64,000 bases of DNA from Acidobacteriota bacterium (GTDB lineage: Bacteria > Acidobacteriota > UBA6911 > RPQK01 > JAJDTT01): NCBI GenBank assembly GCA_965217775.1, contig CBDCJH010000002.1, positions 2,304,001-2,368,000 of the forward strand, read 5' to 3'. The notes beneath the pieces are model-generated. The model saw nothing but the letters and a program-made list of their open reading frames with translations. It made no database searches and had not been told where the DNA came from. Position numbers and translations under genes: made by a program. Of this stretch, positions 20,315 to 29,908 are shown piece by piece; positions within the stretch are counted from its first letter, which is position 1, and each line of letters starts with the position of its first letter.

Positions 20315-21731
20315 ATGCCTGAGACGATACCGCTGATCCGACCCTCATTCAACCGATCCCTCCGCCTCGAGACCCGCCCCGAGTTGCTCAGTGCGGACAC
20401 GGGAGCCCTGGTGCAACGGGAGATGATGGATCGCAGCGGCCTCATCGATTGGTTGACCGAGCGGTTGCACGATCCGCGACACCCGAGTTCGATCCGCTAT
20501 CCGCTGTCGGATCTGCTGCGGACTCGACTCCTGCTGTTGGGGCAGGGCTGGCGCGACCAGTCCGACGCCGACCGCCTGCGTCAGGATCCGAGCTTGCGGG
20601 TGGCGAGCCAGACCCGTCGGGGCACGGCGGCCTTGGAGGAGGGCCACGGGCTGGCGTCACAGCCGACCTTGTCCCGACTGCTGGGCACGCTGAGCCGGGA
20701 GGAGAACCTTCCGGTCCTGCACCAGGCGGTGACGGAGCTGGCGTGCCGTCGGATCGAGATGATCGAAGGTCGGCGGCGAAAACGGGGGAAAAAGAGACGG
20801 AAAAAGACGATGTATCTGGACGTGGACGGTCTCCCGGTGGAGGTCCATGGGCATCCCCCGGGAAGCGAATGGAACGGACACTATCACCAGCGGATGTACC
20901 ATGGGTTGGTGGCGAGTTGTGCCGAGACGGGGGACCTGATCGACGGGGAGATTTTTCCGGGAGCCAGCTACCTGGGGAAGAAGGCGCTGAAGTTGACGCT
21001 CCGGGTGGTGGACCGCTGTCGGGGGCGTCTGTGCGGCTCGATGATCGTGCGGATGGATGCGGGGTTCCCGGAGCCGGGGCTGCTGAAGGGGTTGGAGTCG
21101 AGAAGCGTGCCCTATATCGCTCGAATCCGCAAGAATGAGGTCCTGAACCGGATGGCGAAGCCCTACTTGACCCAACCGGCGGGGCGATCCCCGAAAGCAC
21201 CACCGAGGCTCTGGTTCCATGAGCTGACCTACCAGGCGGAGAGTTGGGATCGGGCGCGCCTGGTGGTGCTGGTGGTGCGGGAGCGACCGGGGGAGTTGTA
21301 TCCGGATCATTTCTGGTTGCTGACGAGCCTGAGCCGGAAGCGTTACGAGGCGGAAGTGTTGCTGGCACAGTATCGCAAGCGGGGGAAGGCGGAAGGGCAC
21401 ATGGGGGAGTTGATGGACGTGCTCGATCCGGCCTTGTCCTCCGCGAGCCGGCCCAAGACGCACTATCACGGAGGCCGGGGTTCGCCCCCACAACGAAGTC
21501 CGGTTCCTGCTGAATCTGCTGGGGTACGAGATCCTGCACCTGGGTCGGGTGCTGATGGAGCAGGCGACGCGTCGGGGCTGGAGTCTGCGTCGTTTTCGCG
21601 AGCGGGTGTTGCGAGTGGCGTCTCGGGCGCTACGTCAGGGGAGGCGATTGATTTTCGTCATCAGTCAAGGGGCGACGGACTGGAAGCGGTTGTGGAAGAA
21701 ACTGGCGCGGGTGTCCTGGGCGCCGGGATAG
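20315..21731 (+). pseudogene. IS1380 transposase, frameshifted by a ~40 bp deletion near 21469
   Basis: LSADTGAL, LASQPTLSRL, LDVD, VRMDAGF, YRKRGKAE motifs; segment present in copy 2 is missing here. Confidence 0.85.
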
Positions 21732-21897
21732 TGGACGGAGGAGGCATCGGGCCCGTGGAAGGGACCGAAACGGTGGGAATTTCTCACCGGAAAGTCAACC
21801 TGTCGGCGGGTGACGCCCCCCCTGGCCGATAAACGGTTTATGACTGGTTCAATCGCCCTGTTTTTGAGCCAATTCAGTCGAATCGACAGAGGTTCAA

Positions 21898-23373
21898 CAG
21901 CCCGTGGCAAAATCCGGATTTCTCGGGTTTATGTTCTTTTCGAACGCTGGCGTTGAGATGGCCTAATGATGGATTCGAGGAGCGCAAAACAGCGAATCGG
22001 GCCGGATCGAAGCCCAGCAACGCCCCCAATGGCGATTCCTGGCTATCCAGCGGCCCATTTGCGCCCAAATAAACGTAAAAAGGCGCATCCAGGCGCGACT
22101 TTGGAGACTCCGAGGCGTGCCGACCCCCGTCAGGTGACGCATCAGCAATCCCAGGTTGAATCCGCAGACATGGATCAGCAGTCGCTTGCGCACGTTGGCG
22201 TGCCCCCGCACGAAGATCCGGCGCAACCCCCCGGTCACGAACTGATGCGCGAACGGCCGCTCCACCAACTCGCTCCGCTGCCGCTGTAACCGTCGCCCCC
22301 GCCGGCCCCGAATGCGCCGCCGATTCGCGTACACCGGCGCTTGGTATTTCTTGTTGTTCCCCTTCCAATTTCGCCGCCCCCGATCCGTTTCCGACAGATA
22401 GCTCCGTAGTCCGACCGCCTTCAACTCCAGCACCGTCTCGTTGCTGTGGTATCCCTTGTCCGCCACCACTTCATGGACCTCCGCGTCCGGCTCGACCGCC
22501 GTCACCTCCTCCTGGGCCATCCGGAGCGTCTCGCCCATCGTCTGAGTGTCCCCCAATTCGTCCGGCGCCGTCACCGCCACCACCGCCCCTGTCTCCAGGT
22601 CCACCGCTTCTTCCACCTTGTGGCCCAAACGGGTCCGCCCGTCCTTCAGCTTCGTGATCTTCGCGTCCGGGTCGTGGGGATTCATCCACTCCTCGTTGCT
22701 CATCTTTTTCGGCTTGCGCTTGCGGTCGAACCGGATCAGTTCCTCCCGAGTCGGCGTCTCCACTCCCGACGCCTCCGCCAATCCCCTCACGAACGTCTCA
22801 TAGTCTTTGCCCGTGTCCCGGCGCACGATGCTCCGCATCGCCGCGTTCGCCTCCAGCGTCCTCGCATCGATCCCGATCGTCTTCCCCTTCACCAGTCCCG
22901 CTTCCGCCAACTGCTTCAGCACCCAGGTGAACACCTCTCCGTGCGTCTCCACGTCGATCCGCCGTCGCGTCCGCGACAAGGTCGAATGATTCGGCGGCGC
23001 CTCCTCCGGGTCGTATTCCAGAAAGGCTCGCACGCTCGCCGAATCCGACACCCGCCAGGCGATGGCCCGCTCCGAGTTCAGCCCCTCGAAGTACCCCACC
23101 AGCAGCAGCCGAAAGTACCGTCCGGGCCGCAGACTCGGGCGGCCCAACCGCTCCGCATAAAAGCGCGCACAAAGCTTCTCGACAAAGGCGTCAAACCCGG
23201 CTTTCACCAGCACCTGGTTCAACCGCTCGTAGAAGGGATGTCCCGGACTTCGAGGCAGTTTCTCCGTCGCCACCCACATCTGCCGTTGCCGTCCCGCTGA
23301 CGGTTTCTTTCCCATAGACATAGCGCCATTTTATGTCAGCAGTGTGACTTCTCACGACTTTTGCCACGGGCTG
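21898..23373 (-). mobile_element. IS1182-like insertion sequence with 4 bp TSD
   Basis: IRs CAGCCCGTGGCAAAA / TTTTGCCACGGGCTG; TCAA duplicated at 21894-97 and 23374-77; the empty site is visible in IS1380 copy 2. Confidence 0.92.
21963..23321 (-). CDS. IS1182/IS5-type DDE transposase (apparently intact)
   Basis: GRPSL, PNHSTLSR, IGIDARTLEANA, DPDAK, VADKGY, VERPFAH motifs. Confidence 0.9.
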   Translation of the reverse strand: MSMGKKPSAGRQRQMWVATEKLPRSPGHPFYERLNQVLVKAGFDAFVEKLCARFYAERLGRPSLRPGRYFRLLLVGYFEGLNSERAIAWRVSDSASVRAFLEYDPEEAPPNHSTLSRTRRRIDVETHGEVFTWVLKQLAEAGLVKGKTIGIDARTLEANAAMRSIVRRDTGKDYETFVRGLAEASGVETPTREELIRFDRKRKPKKMSNEEWMNPHDPDAKITKLKDGRTRLGHKVEEAVDLETGAVVAVTAPDELGDTQTMGETLRMAQEEVTAVEPDAEVHEVVADKGYHSNETVLELKAVGLRSYLSETDRGRRNWKGNNKKYQAPVYANRRRIRGRRGRRLQRQRSELVERPFAHQFVTGGLRRIFVRGHANVRKRLLIHVCGFNLGLLMRHLTGVGTPRSLQSRAWMRLFTFIWAQMGRWIARNRHWGRCWASIRPDSLFCAPRIHH

Positions 23374-23499
23374 TCAAGAGAAACCGGGCTGCGACCGCAC
23401 GAAAACGCCGCGTTGGAAGCCCTTATCAACATGTTCCATGAATAATCTGGGCTTATTGCGAGTCAACTCGCAGGGTGGCGTGTTCCACGTTATTCTGCT

Positions 23500-24447
23500 A
23501 TGGTCTCTTTTATTATGAAGCTTGTTCTAGACACTCTTGAGCGTCCAACCTCCCGACTGCTGGTCGTCGTGATCGGTTTCCTCATTGCCGGAATCGGTCT
23601 TGCCGAACCCGATCTGGGAAGCATACACCCGAACATAGTTGTCATTGCAGGTTACGCAATTTCAATACTCGGATTGATGTTGATCCTCGTTGCGCATAAC
23701 GCTTCGATTAAACGAAATAATGAAGTAATAGAGGAAATTGACCGAACATTGAATCGGTATTCGACATTGAGTCGTATAGAAAGAAGTTCGAATTCCCAGA
23801 GCGATATCATTAGAAAAACTGCATGCAGCACTCTTATATCGCTTGTTGATAAAGATATACCAGAATTGGCACAAGCAATATATAGCTTCCAGAAAACAGG
23901 AACTACGCAGCTGCAATTAGATGATAACTATCTCGCTAAGAACTCACCATTCGAGTTGTTAAAGTTGCTACCACCTGGTAGCATTTGGCTAGGTGTTTCA
24001 CTGCTTGATCAAGCAAATTGGCAAAGCGATCATCTTCGTGGATTTCTAGATAGGTCAAGGTCGATGTGCGCAGGCAATAGATTGCACATGTGCCGCATAT
24101 ATGCACATGATGGAACTCGTCCTCGAGTATCCAAGGACATGATTGATAGAGATGAGCGAGCAGGTATTAATCTAAAGTTTCTGGACTTACTCAAATTTAA
24201 GGGGGCCAGCTTACCTCGAGACCTTACGCTAATTGTGAAGAACAAATTAGGCTCCGCGAATAAACTCATTGAAAAACTAAATAATCCAAAATCCAAGATT
24301 GACTATGAAGCGATAGGTGCTTTGGTGTTTGAAATTGATCGAAACAGGGCTCTCTCTAAGGTCACGCTATATACCGGGGGTTCGACAGCGTTCGATGGTT
24401 ATTTTAATGACTTTCGACATTGGTGGTCTAGTAGTCTAATCCCATAG
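23500..24447 (+). CDS. AT-rich orphan protein, two N-terminal TM helices plus a possible PLD-like (DUF6879/DUF5919-like) domain
   Basis: 315 aa ORF, markedly AT-rich against its surroundings; two hydrophobic stretches; W..S..LR.FL...RIY and terminal Y..DF..WW pattern; domain call is tentative. Confidence 0.7.
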   Translation: MVSFIMKLVLDTLERPTSRLLVVVIGFLIAGIGLAEPDLGSIHPNIVVIAGYAISILGLMLILVAHNASIKRNNEVIEEIDRTLNRYSTLSRIERSSNSQSDIIRKTACSTLISLVDKDIPELAQAIYSFQKTGTTQLQLDDNYLAKNSPFELLKLLPPGSIWLGVSLLDQANWQSDHLRGFLDRSRSMCAGNRLHMCRIYAHDGTRPRVSKDMIDRDERAGINLKFLDLLKFKGASLPRDLTLIVKNKLGSANKLIEKLNNPKSKIDYEAIGALVFEIDRNRALSKVTLYTGGSTAFDGYFNDFRHWWSSSLIP

Positions 24448-24736
24448 TCTAACCCCAGATTATTCATCATGCAAACATAAAATGGGAAAGCGTTCCCGCC
24501 ATGTCGAGTCGGATCAGAGGGTTGCAGGATACCCACATAAGAAGGTCGAGAGCCGCCGTGAGTGAAACGCCATCGTGGTTTTCGACTCCGCCTTAATCTT
24601 TGGGTTCAGAGGGGTCCGAAACCCTCGCATTTCCAAGGTTTTCTCCCCTTCCATGGGCGGCAATAAGAGGCGGCGTGCCCGTCATTTATGGTATAGTTAT
24701 GGTGTTAAGAAACAACCACAAAGAACGGAGCACGCC

Positions 24737-26623
24737 ATGCCTGAGACGATACCGCTGATCCGACCCTCATTCAACCGATCCCTCCGCCTCGAGACCCGCC
24801 CCGAGTTGCTCAGTGCGGACACGGGAGCCCTGGTGCAACGGGAGATGATGGATCGCAGCGGCCTCATCGATTGGTTGACCGAGCGGTTGCACGATCCGCG
24901 ACACCCGAGTTCGATCCGCTATCCGCTGTCGGATCTGCTGCGGACTCGACTCCTGCTGCTGGGGCAGGGCTGGCGCGACCAGTCCGACGCCGACCGCCTG
25001 CGTCAGGATCCGAGCTTGCGGGTGGCGAGCCGGACCCGTCGGGGCACGGCGGCCTTGGAGGAGGGCACCGGCCTGGCGTCACAGCCGACCTTGTCCCGAC
25101 TGCTGGACACGCTCAGCCGGAAGGAGAACCTTCCGGTCCTGCACCAGGCGGTGACGGCGCTGGCGTGCCGTCGGATCGAGATGATCGAAGGCCGGCGGCG
25201 AAAACGGGGGAAACAGACCGCACGGAAGAAGAGACGGAAAAAGACGATGTACCTGGACGTGGATGGTCTCCCGGTCGAGGTCCATGGGTATCCCCCGGGA
25301 AGCGAATGGAACGGATACTATCGCCAGCGGATGTACCATGGGTTGGTGGCGAGTTGTGCCGAGACGGGGGACCTGATCGACGGGGAGATTTTTCCGGGAG
25401 CCAGCTCCCTGGGGAAAAAGGCGCTGAAGTTGGCGCTCCGGGTGGTGGACCACTGTCGCGGGCGTCTGTGCGGCTCGATGATCGTGCGGATGGATGCGGG
25501 GTTCCCGGAGCCGGGGCTACTGAAGGGGCTGGAGTCGAGAAGCGTGCCCTATATCGCTCGAATCCGCAAGAATGAGGTCCTGAACCGGATGGCGAAGCCC
25601 TACTTGACCCAACCGGCGGGGCGATCCCCGGATGCACCACCGAGGCTCTGGTTCCATGAGCTGACCTATCAGGCGGAGAGTTGGGATCGGGCGCGCCGGG
25701 TGGTGCTGGTGGTGCGGGAGCGACTGGGGGAGTTGTATCCGGATCATTTCTGGTTGCTGACGAGCCTGAGCCGGAAGCGTTATGAGGCGGAAGCATTGCT
25801 GCCAATGTATCGCAAGCGGGGGAAGGCGGAATGGAGTTGACCCGCTTTCGTGGACACATCCAAAGTAGGGGGAGAAAGGAGGGATCCACGATGGCAAGAA
25901 AGCAGCGGCCGTACCCGCCGGAGTTCCGGCGGGAGATCGTGGGGCTGGTACGCTCGGGGCGATCGCCGGAGTCGCTGGCGCGGGAGTTCGAGCTCTCGGC
26001 GGCGGCGATCCGGAAGTGGGTCAAGCAGGCCGATCTGGACGAGGGGCACCGGAGCGATGGGTTGACGACGTTCGAGCGCCAAGAGTTGCGCCAGGCGAGG
26101 CGGGCCGTCTTCGACATCATTGAGGGATTCTACAACCGGCGGCGCCGACACTCGGCGCTGGGCTACGAGTCGCCGTACCGCTACGAGCAGCAGGCAGCGT
26201 AGGACCAACGGCGGCGGCGAAACTCGATCCGGACGACGAGATCCTCGATTCGTGCTCTCGCCGAATGGACGTGTTCGATCCGGCCTTGTCCTCCGCGAGC
26301 CGGCCCAAGACGCACTATCGGGCCAACCGCTGAAGTCCGAAGCAAAGCCGGAAGCGACGACGGAGGCCGGGGTTCGCCCCCACAACGAAGTCCGGTTCCT
26401 GCTGAATCTGCTGGGGTACGAGATCCTGCACCTGGGTCGGGTGCTGATGGAGCAGGCGACGCGTCGGGGCTGGAGTCTGCGTCGTTTTCGCGAGCGGGTG
26501 TTGCGAGTGGCGAGTCGGGCGCTGCGTCAGGGGCGGCGATTGATTATCGTCATCAGTCAAGGGGCGACGGACTGGAAGCGGCTGTGGAAGAGACTGGCGC
26601 GGGTGTCCTGGGCGCCGGGATAG
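24737..26623 (+). pseudogene. IS1380 transposase disrupted by insertion and frameshift
   Basis: Reading frame broken at YRKRGKAE (25831) and resumes at 26265. Confidence 0.85.
25832..26264 (+). mobile_element. Internally deleted IS3-family remnant (orfA N-terminus fused to orfB C-terminus, CDS 25891-26202)
   Basis: Left end TGGAGTTGACCCGCTTTCGTGGACAC; YPPEFRREIV HTH joined to FYNRRRRHSALGYESP. Confidence 0.85.
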
Positions 26624-26915
26624 TGGACGGAGGAGGCATCGGGCCCGTGGAAGGGACCGAAACGGTGGGGATTTCTCACCAGAAAGTCAACCTGTCGGCG
26701 GGTGACGGTCCCCCTGGCCGGTAAACGGTTTATGACTGGTTCAATCGTCCTGTTTTTGAGCCGATTCAGTCGAATCGACAGAGGTTCAAGAGAAACCGGG
26801 CTCCGACCGCACGAAAACGCCGGGTTGGAAGCCCTTATCAACATGTTCCATGAATAATCTGGGGGAAAAGTACCTCTCGCACTTATCTGGATAAGAAATC
26901 ACTAAAATACCACTA

Positions 26916-27044
26916 CCCAGAATTTCTCACCGGGTCGCTGAGTGCATAACTAAAATGATCGTATCTTCAGTCACTTACCGGTATTTTATTGAAATCTCGA
27001 GGGCACAGCCTGCGCTGGGCGCGCCCCCCGGTGAGAAACGCGGG
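26916..27044. mobile_element. MITE-like element (short member of the family at 39330-39542)
   Basis: IR ...TTTCTCACCGG / CCGGTGAGAAA...; shares TCGCTGAGTG and CTGGGCGCGCCC with the 39330 copy. Confidence 0.6.
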
Positions 27045-27106
27045 CGAAACAAACCGATTACTGCTTCTCTCGTGAGAAGTGCAGGCGAGACCCTGAAGTC
27101 GCGAGT

Positions 27107-29833
27107 CTACTCAAAGCGTAAAGAAAAGAGGTCTCCGTCCTTGATTTCAAACTTGAGGCGGATGGCCTGGCCAGCCAGATGGGCCAGGTCGGAACCGTCC
27201 TTCCAAGTGACCAGGCGGTTGGTTTCGTCCCCGAAGATCTGGGGACAGTCCTCCAGACTATAGCCCGGGAGCGCCTTCCCCGAAGCGCTTTGAATTGCTA
27301 CCCGAATGCTCCCCGCCGCTGAAGTCGAGTAATTGATACGGAGTTCAGCACCCGAGAAACGTAGAGGCTTCGTGAGTACGGATCCTCCCTGGTAAGGGGC
27401 CCGAAGCGAGACGAATCCGTCCTCTCGCAGCACTCCGCGGCGAATGCGCACGTCGGGGAGATAGTAATGTTCCATGTAATACACGGACATCTCCCCTGGT
27501 CCTGTGGGCACCAGGGTGGGACCGATCTCAATAGCGCGGGGGGCCCAGTTCTTTGGATCCGGACCCGGGCGCAGGAACGCCTCCATAAAGCGGCGGTCGA
27601 AGTGGAATCCATCGCGGCTGAACATGAACACCACGTCGGAGAGCCCGCGGAAAGACCAGTTCTTGGGATACTTTTCAAGATAAGGCTCCGGGTAATCGGG
27701 GTGAAACTTGCGGTCAGGCACCAAGCGTTTGGGAAACATCAGAACGAGGTCGGGTCGACGATAGTAGGGGGTAGCGGCATTCTTGTATAGATGCTCCAAA
27801 GGGGTAGATCCCAGGTCGATGTATTCGGGGCCGGTCCAGGTGCGGAAGTCCGGAGACGTGTAGCGCCGGATGTCGCGGACCCGGGTGAAGCGGCGCACCT
27901 CCCCGGAAGGTAGCTCCACCAGGATTCGGTTCAATTCTTCCCCGACCTGCTTGCCTTCCAGCGGAGGCGCTCCCTCGCGATACCACCCGCGAGCGTAAAC
28001 GACGTACTGCTGCCGGGCGGAATCCCACAAGGCGATGTTGTGGGAATCGAACTGGGGATCCTCCGGGGGCGCTACGATCATGGGCTCAGGTTCGCGCAAA
28101 CGCCAGCGCAGACCGTCCGGGGAAACCAGGGCATAAATGCCGGCCCGCTTCTCGCCTCCCACGGTCGGTTCCCCGCCAATGGCTTTGTAACGCTCCTCAG
28201 CGAGCGCCGCCGGATTTTCGTCCCTAAAGATTGACAGGGAGCGCCCCCGGCCTCCCGGAATTGGCCACACCAGGTTGTTTTCTCTCGAGCCCTCGTACTC
28301 GATCAGCCCCAGATCAGGTTTCGTCCAATGAATTCCGTCGGCACTCTCGGCATAGCCCGTGTGGGGAGGCAGCGAGTAATAGTTGGTGCGGTACCACATC
28401 CGGTAGCGGTCACCTTCCTTGATGACGACGGGATCGTACATGAGCCCGTCCTCGTAGGGACGGTCCGCCTCGATGACCACCTCTCGGGGTTGTGGACTGT
28501 GCAGGACTTGCCTGACGTTGTCCAGCGACTCGATTAACCACTCGTCCAGAAACAACTGAAGCTGATCCGATACCTCCAGCGCGGTTGGAGGTTCCACCGC
28601 AAAACTACCTTCGTTACGCCACCAGCGTAATTCGAGGGAGCCCCTCTCAGCGACAGCGGCAATGTCGGCCCGGCCATCCCCGTTGAAATCGTCAATGATG
28701 ACCTGATTGGCGTTGCTCCATCCTGCTTTCAGGAGGTGCCGGGTCCATCGTCCCCGGGCCTCACCAGGGTTTTCGAACCAGGCCAGGATTCCCGATCCGT
28801 GTCCGGTGGCTGCCACATCCACATCCCCGTCCCCGTCCAGGTCGCCGGCCACCGCCTCAAAGCCCCTGGGGAGTTTCTGACTGATGATGTGCTTCCTCCA
28901 CTGTAGCCGGCCCTCTTCCATCTCCAGGTTTTCGTACCAGAGGACGCCACCTCCCGGATTCTCACCCCAGCCACCCAGTGCCATTACGACGTCCAAATCC
29001 CCGTCACGGTCTATGTCAAAGGCCTCGCCATGAACCGGCTGGACCCCCAGGGTGAGGTCGATGACGTGCCTTTTCCATCGATCTCGCCCCGACCGGCCCG
29101 TGTTTTGATACCAGAGCACGATCCGTGCCACAGCGCTCGTTCCCAGAAGATCCGGCCGTCCGTCCCGGTCAAAGTCCGCCACTCGAACAGTCCGGGTGTC
29201 TTCGGGCAGCGTGTCGATCGGCTGTGCTGCCCACGGCTCCTGCCCGGTCGTGCCCGGATGGGCAAACCAGGTGAAATTGTTCCCGAGGCGCCAACTGGAG
29301 GCGGCCACGTCCGGGAAGCCGTCTTGGTTAATGTCCGCTATGTCCAGGTCATAAGCCCCGAGCAGACCGCCTTTGCTAATGTAATGACGTTTCCAGAGCA
29401 CCCCTGGCCGGAAATCCCCCGGATTCTCATACCATTTGACGTCGCCGAAGAAGTTCTCCACGATGACCACGTCGGGACGGCCGTCCCGGTTGATGTCAGC
29501 GACCCGGTGACGCTCCGGCCGGTAGGGGTCCTTTCTAGTGATAAAGTGCCGTCGAAAGTTGCCCCGGCCATCGTTTTCAAACCAGTAGAGGGCATTGTTT
29601 CCGCCGGCATCGGCACTCGTCAAATCGGGATCCCCGTCGCCGTCGATATCGGCTGCACAGATGCCATAGTTATAAGTGTAATCGCTCCAGATCAGGTGCT
29701 CCGTGAAACGGATGACGCTCGTCTCCTGGCCCACGGACCCGCCTTCGGTGCTCTTGACAGTGACCATGCCCAAGCCGACCAGCACCAGCAATGTCGCGAA
29801 ATGCGACCGCACGATGCTCTCGAACTTTTCCAT
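27107..29833 (-). CDS. FG-GAP/VCBS repeat domain fused to GH32-like propeller + beta-sandwich
   Basis: Seven D(I/L/F)(D/N).DG..D motifs with WFEN; then QLFLDE, ESADGIHW, LREDGFVS, DLFSLRF. Confidence 0.85.
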   Translation of the reverse strand: MEKFESIVRSHFATLLVLVGLGMVTVKSTEGGSVGQETSVIRFTEHLIWSDYTYNYGICAADIDGDGDPDLTSADAGGNNALYWFENDGRGNFRRHFITRKDPYRPERHRVADINRDGRPDVVIVENFFGDVKWYENPGDFRPGVLWKRHYISKGGLLGAYDLDIADINQDGFPDVAASSWRLGNNFTWFAHPGTTGQEPWAAQPIDTLPEDTRTVRVADFDRDGRPDLLGTSAVARIVLWYQNTGRSGRDRWKRHVIDLTLGVQPVHGEAFDIDRDGDLDVVMALGGWGENPGGGVLWYENLEMEEGRLQWRKHIISQKLPRGFEAVAGDLDGDGDVDVAATGHGSGILAWFENPGEARGRWTRHLLKAGWSNANQVIIDDFNGDGRADIAAVAERGSLELRWWRNEGSFAVEPPTALEVSDQLQLFLDEWLIESLDNVRQVLHSPQPREVVIEADRPYEDGLMYDPVVIKEGDRYRMWYRTNYYSLPPHTGYAESADGIHWTKPDLGLIEYEGSRENNLVWPIPGGRGRSLSIFRDENPAALAEERYKAIGGEPTVGGEKRAGIYALVSPDGLRWRLREPEPMIVAPPEDPQFDSHNIALWDSARQQYVVYARGWYREGAPPLEGKQVGEELNRILVELPSGEVRRFTRVRDIRRYTSPDFRTWTGPEYIDLGSTPLEHLYKNAATPYYRRPDLVLMFPKRLVPDRKFHPDYPEPYLEKYPKNWSFRGLSDVVFMFSRDGFHFDRRFMEAFLRPGPDPKNWAPRAIEIGPTLVPTGPGEMSVYYMEHYYLPDVRIRRGVLREDGFVSLRAPYQGGSVLTKPLRFSGAELRINYSTSAAGSIRVAIQSASGKALPGYSLEDCPQIFGDETNRLVTWKDGSDLAHLAGQAIRLKFEIKDGDLFSLRFE

Positions 29834-29908
29834 ATTTCCCCTTTCCAGGTCTTTTGGCCCAAGTGGGTACTAAGACTCAATGGGTGAGATCAAGGTTGGA
29901 TCCGGAAC

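Larger units (their letters stand above)
20031..23451 (+). mobile_element. IS1380-family element copy 1, interrupted by an IS1182-like element
   Basis: Terminal IRs CCCAGATTATTCAT / ATGAATAATCTGGG; IS1380-type transposase. Confidence 0.9.
24454..26863 (+). mobile_element. IS1380-family element copy 2, interrupted by an IS3 remnant
   Basis: Same IRs as copy 1; near-identical transposase from ATG 24737. Confidence 0.9.

Noticed and set aside
23452-24453. Integron gene cassette
   Set aside because: No attC-like structure or integrase seen; the boundaries are IS1380 IRs.
20023-26872. TSD proving the IS1380 pair moved as one composite transposon
   Set aside because: Outer flanks (TGTGTAGA / GGAAAAGT) show no duplication, so joint transposition is unproven.
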